Part shown: in pieces, positions 63,111 to 64,000 of the stretch
How positions within the stretch are numbered: position 1 is the first letter of the stretch
How the letters are laid out: every line of letters starts with the position of its first letter
Notes under the pieces: model-generated
Database searches by the model: none
Told to the model about the DNA's origin: nothing
The model's input: only the letters and a program-made list of their open reading frames with translations
Assembly: GCA_963663965.2 (NCBI GenBank)
Contig: CAXXFK010000031.1
Span: 64,001-128,000 of the forward strand
Origin: Sedimentisphaerales bacterium
GTDB taxonomy: Bacteria > Planctomycetota > Phycisphaerae > Sedimentisphaerales > SM23-30
DNA: 64,000 nucleotides
Reading direction: 5' to 3'
Position numbers and translations under genes: made by a program

Positions 63111-64000
63111 ATGAACAAACAAACATCTGTAAGTAAGCTGAACTCTTTTCTACCCACAGAAGTGGATGGATGCAATTCTCTTATCGAGCTTGCTCTGGAC
63201 ATGCGATGGTCGTGGAGCCATTATGGGGATAAAGTCTGGAAACAGCTCGACCCGGAATTGTGGGAACTGACACAAAATCCGTGGGTCGTTTTGCAGACTG
63301 TTTCACGGGAAAAACTTGAAAACATCATTGGCTAACACCGAATTTCACAGGGAAGTGGATGAGCTTTTGGAACTCAAGGGCCGCAAGTCGGCAGCACCAG
63401 CATGGTTTCAGGCAAACTCATCCGCAAAACTCCGTTGATCGTGTGTCGCTTATTTCTGTATGGAATTTATGCTAAGCGAGGCCCTGCCCATCTATTCGGG
63501 CGGGCTGGGTAATGTGGCAGGCGATCAACTCAAAGCCGCCAGCGATTTGGGGGTGCCGGTAGTCGGCGTGGGACTACTATACCAGCAGGGCTATTTTCGC
63601 CAGGTGATTGACAAGGATGGAACGCAGCAGGAACTGTATCCGTATAACGACCCAGGGACAATTGCCAATCACACCCCTGCGAAAACCAAACGGCCAGTGG
63701 TTGCGGCTGGAAGTCGTAAGCTTCCCGGTTATTCGGTGTGGCTGCGCGGGTGGCAGGTCTCAGGTCGGTCAGAGTTAAGGCTTTACCTGCTGGACACCAA
63801 TGATGCGGCGAACTTTCCCGCTCATCGAGGAATTACCAGCGAGCTTTACGGAGGCGGGCCGGAGTTGCGACTTAAAACAAGAGATCATACTCGGGATTGG
63901 GGGATGGCGATTGCTCCGTGCGCTAGGCATCCAGCCGGAGGTCTGCCACCTGAATGAAGGGCATGCTGCTTTCGCCGTGCTGGAACGCGCCACGAAATTT
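63111..64000 (+). pseudogene. glgP: Alpha-glucan (glycogen) phosphorylase, 5' part, multiple frameshifts (likely sequence errors), continues beyond window
   Basis: LALDMRWSW, LDPELW...NPW, MEF.L...[34 protein letters not shown] and HLNEGHAAF, distributed over shifting frames. Confidence 0.85.

Overview
This is a chromosomal segment of a bacterium, most likely an anaerobic planctomycete of the Phycisphaerae/Sedimentisphaerales type. That assignment is inferred from the ATP synthase, the planctomycete-style fab cluster, pta-ackA and PPi-PFK. Positions 1-41 kb are mostly housekeeping genes: pfk (partial), tRNA-Ser(GGA), tauE, priA, ackA-pta, miaA, rluB, a TPR-SPOR lipoprotein, folC, lepA, a short argA-like GNAT, a complete F1Fo atp operon, oppBCDF, cobO/sirC, uvrB and tRNA-Arg(TCG). 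This part also holds three unusual elements. One is a type II PKS/FAS-like cassette (FabZ, long ACP, FabZ, catalytically altered KS, active KS, GT-C). The others are a 161-bp fold-back MITE-like element and a stand-alone LigD phosphoesterase-like gene coupled to uvrB. Between tRNA-Arg and tmRNA (41.4-55.9 kb) lies a glycan-utilisation locus: GH51, LacI with a candidate operator, a GH172-PqaA fusion, a secreted propeller/transglutaminase protein, PL1 and a large unassigned secreted protein of about 1260 aa. Downstream of tmRNA is an accessory region with a complete-ended ISL3 (8-bp TSD), a gutted IS66 remnant carrying unrelated DNA, gene fragments and an rpiB-tal-DUF502-glgP block. The +1 frameshifts in that block look at least partly like insertion-type sequencing errors.
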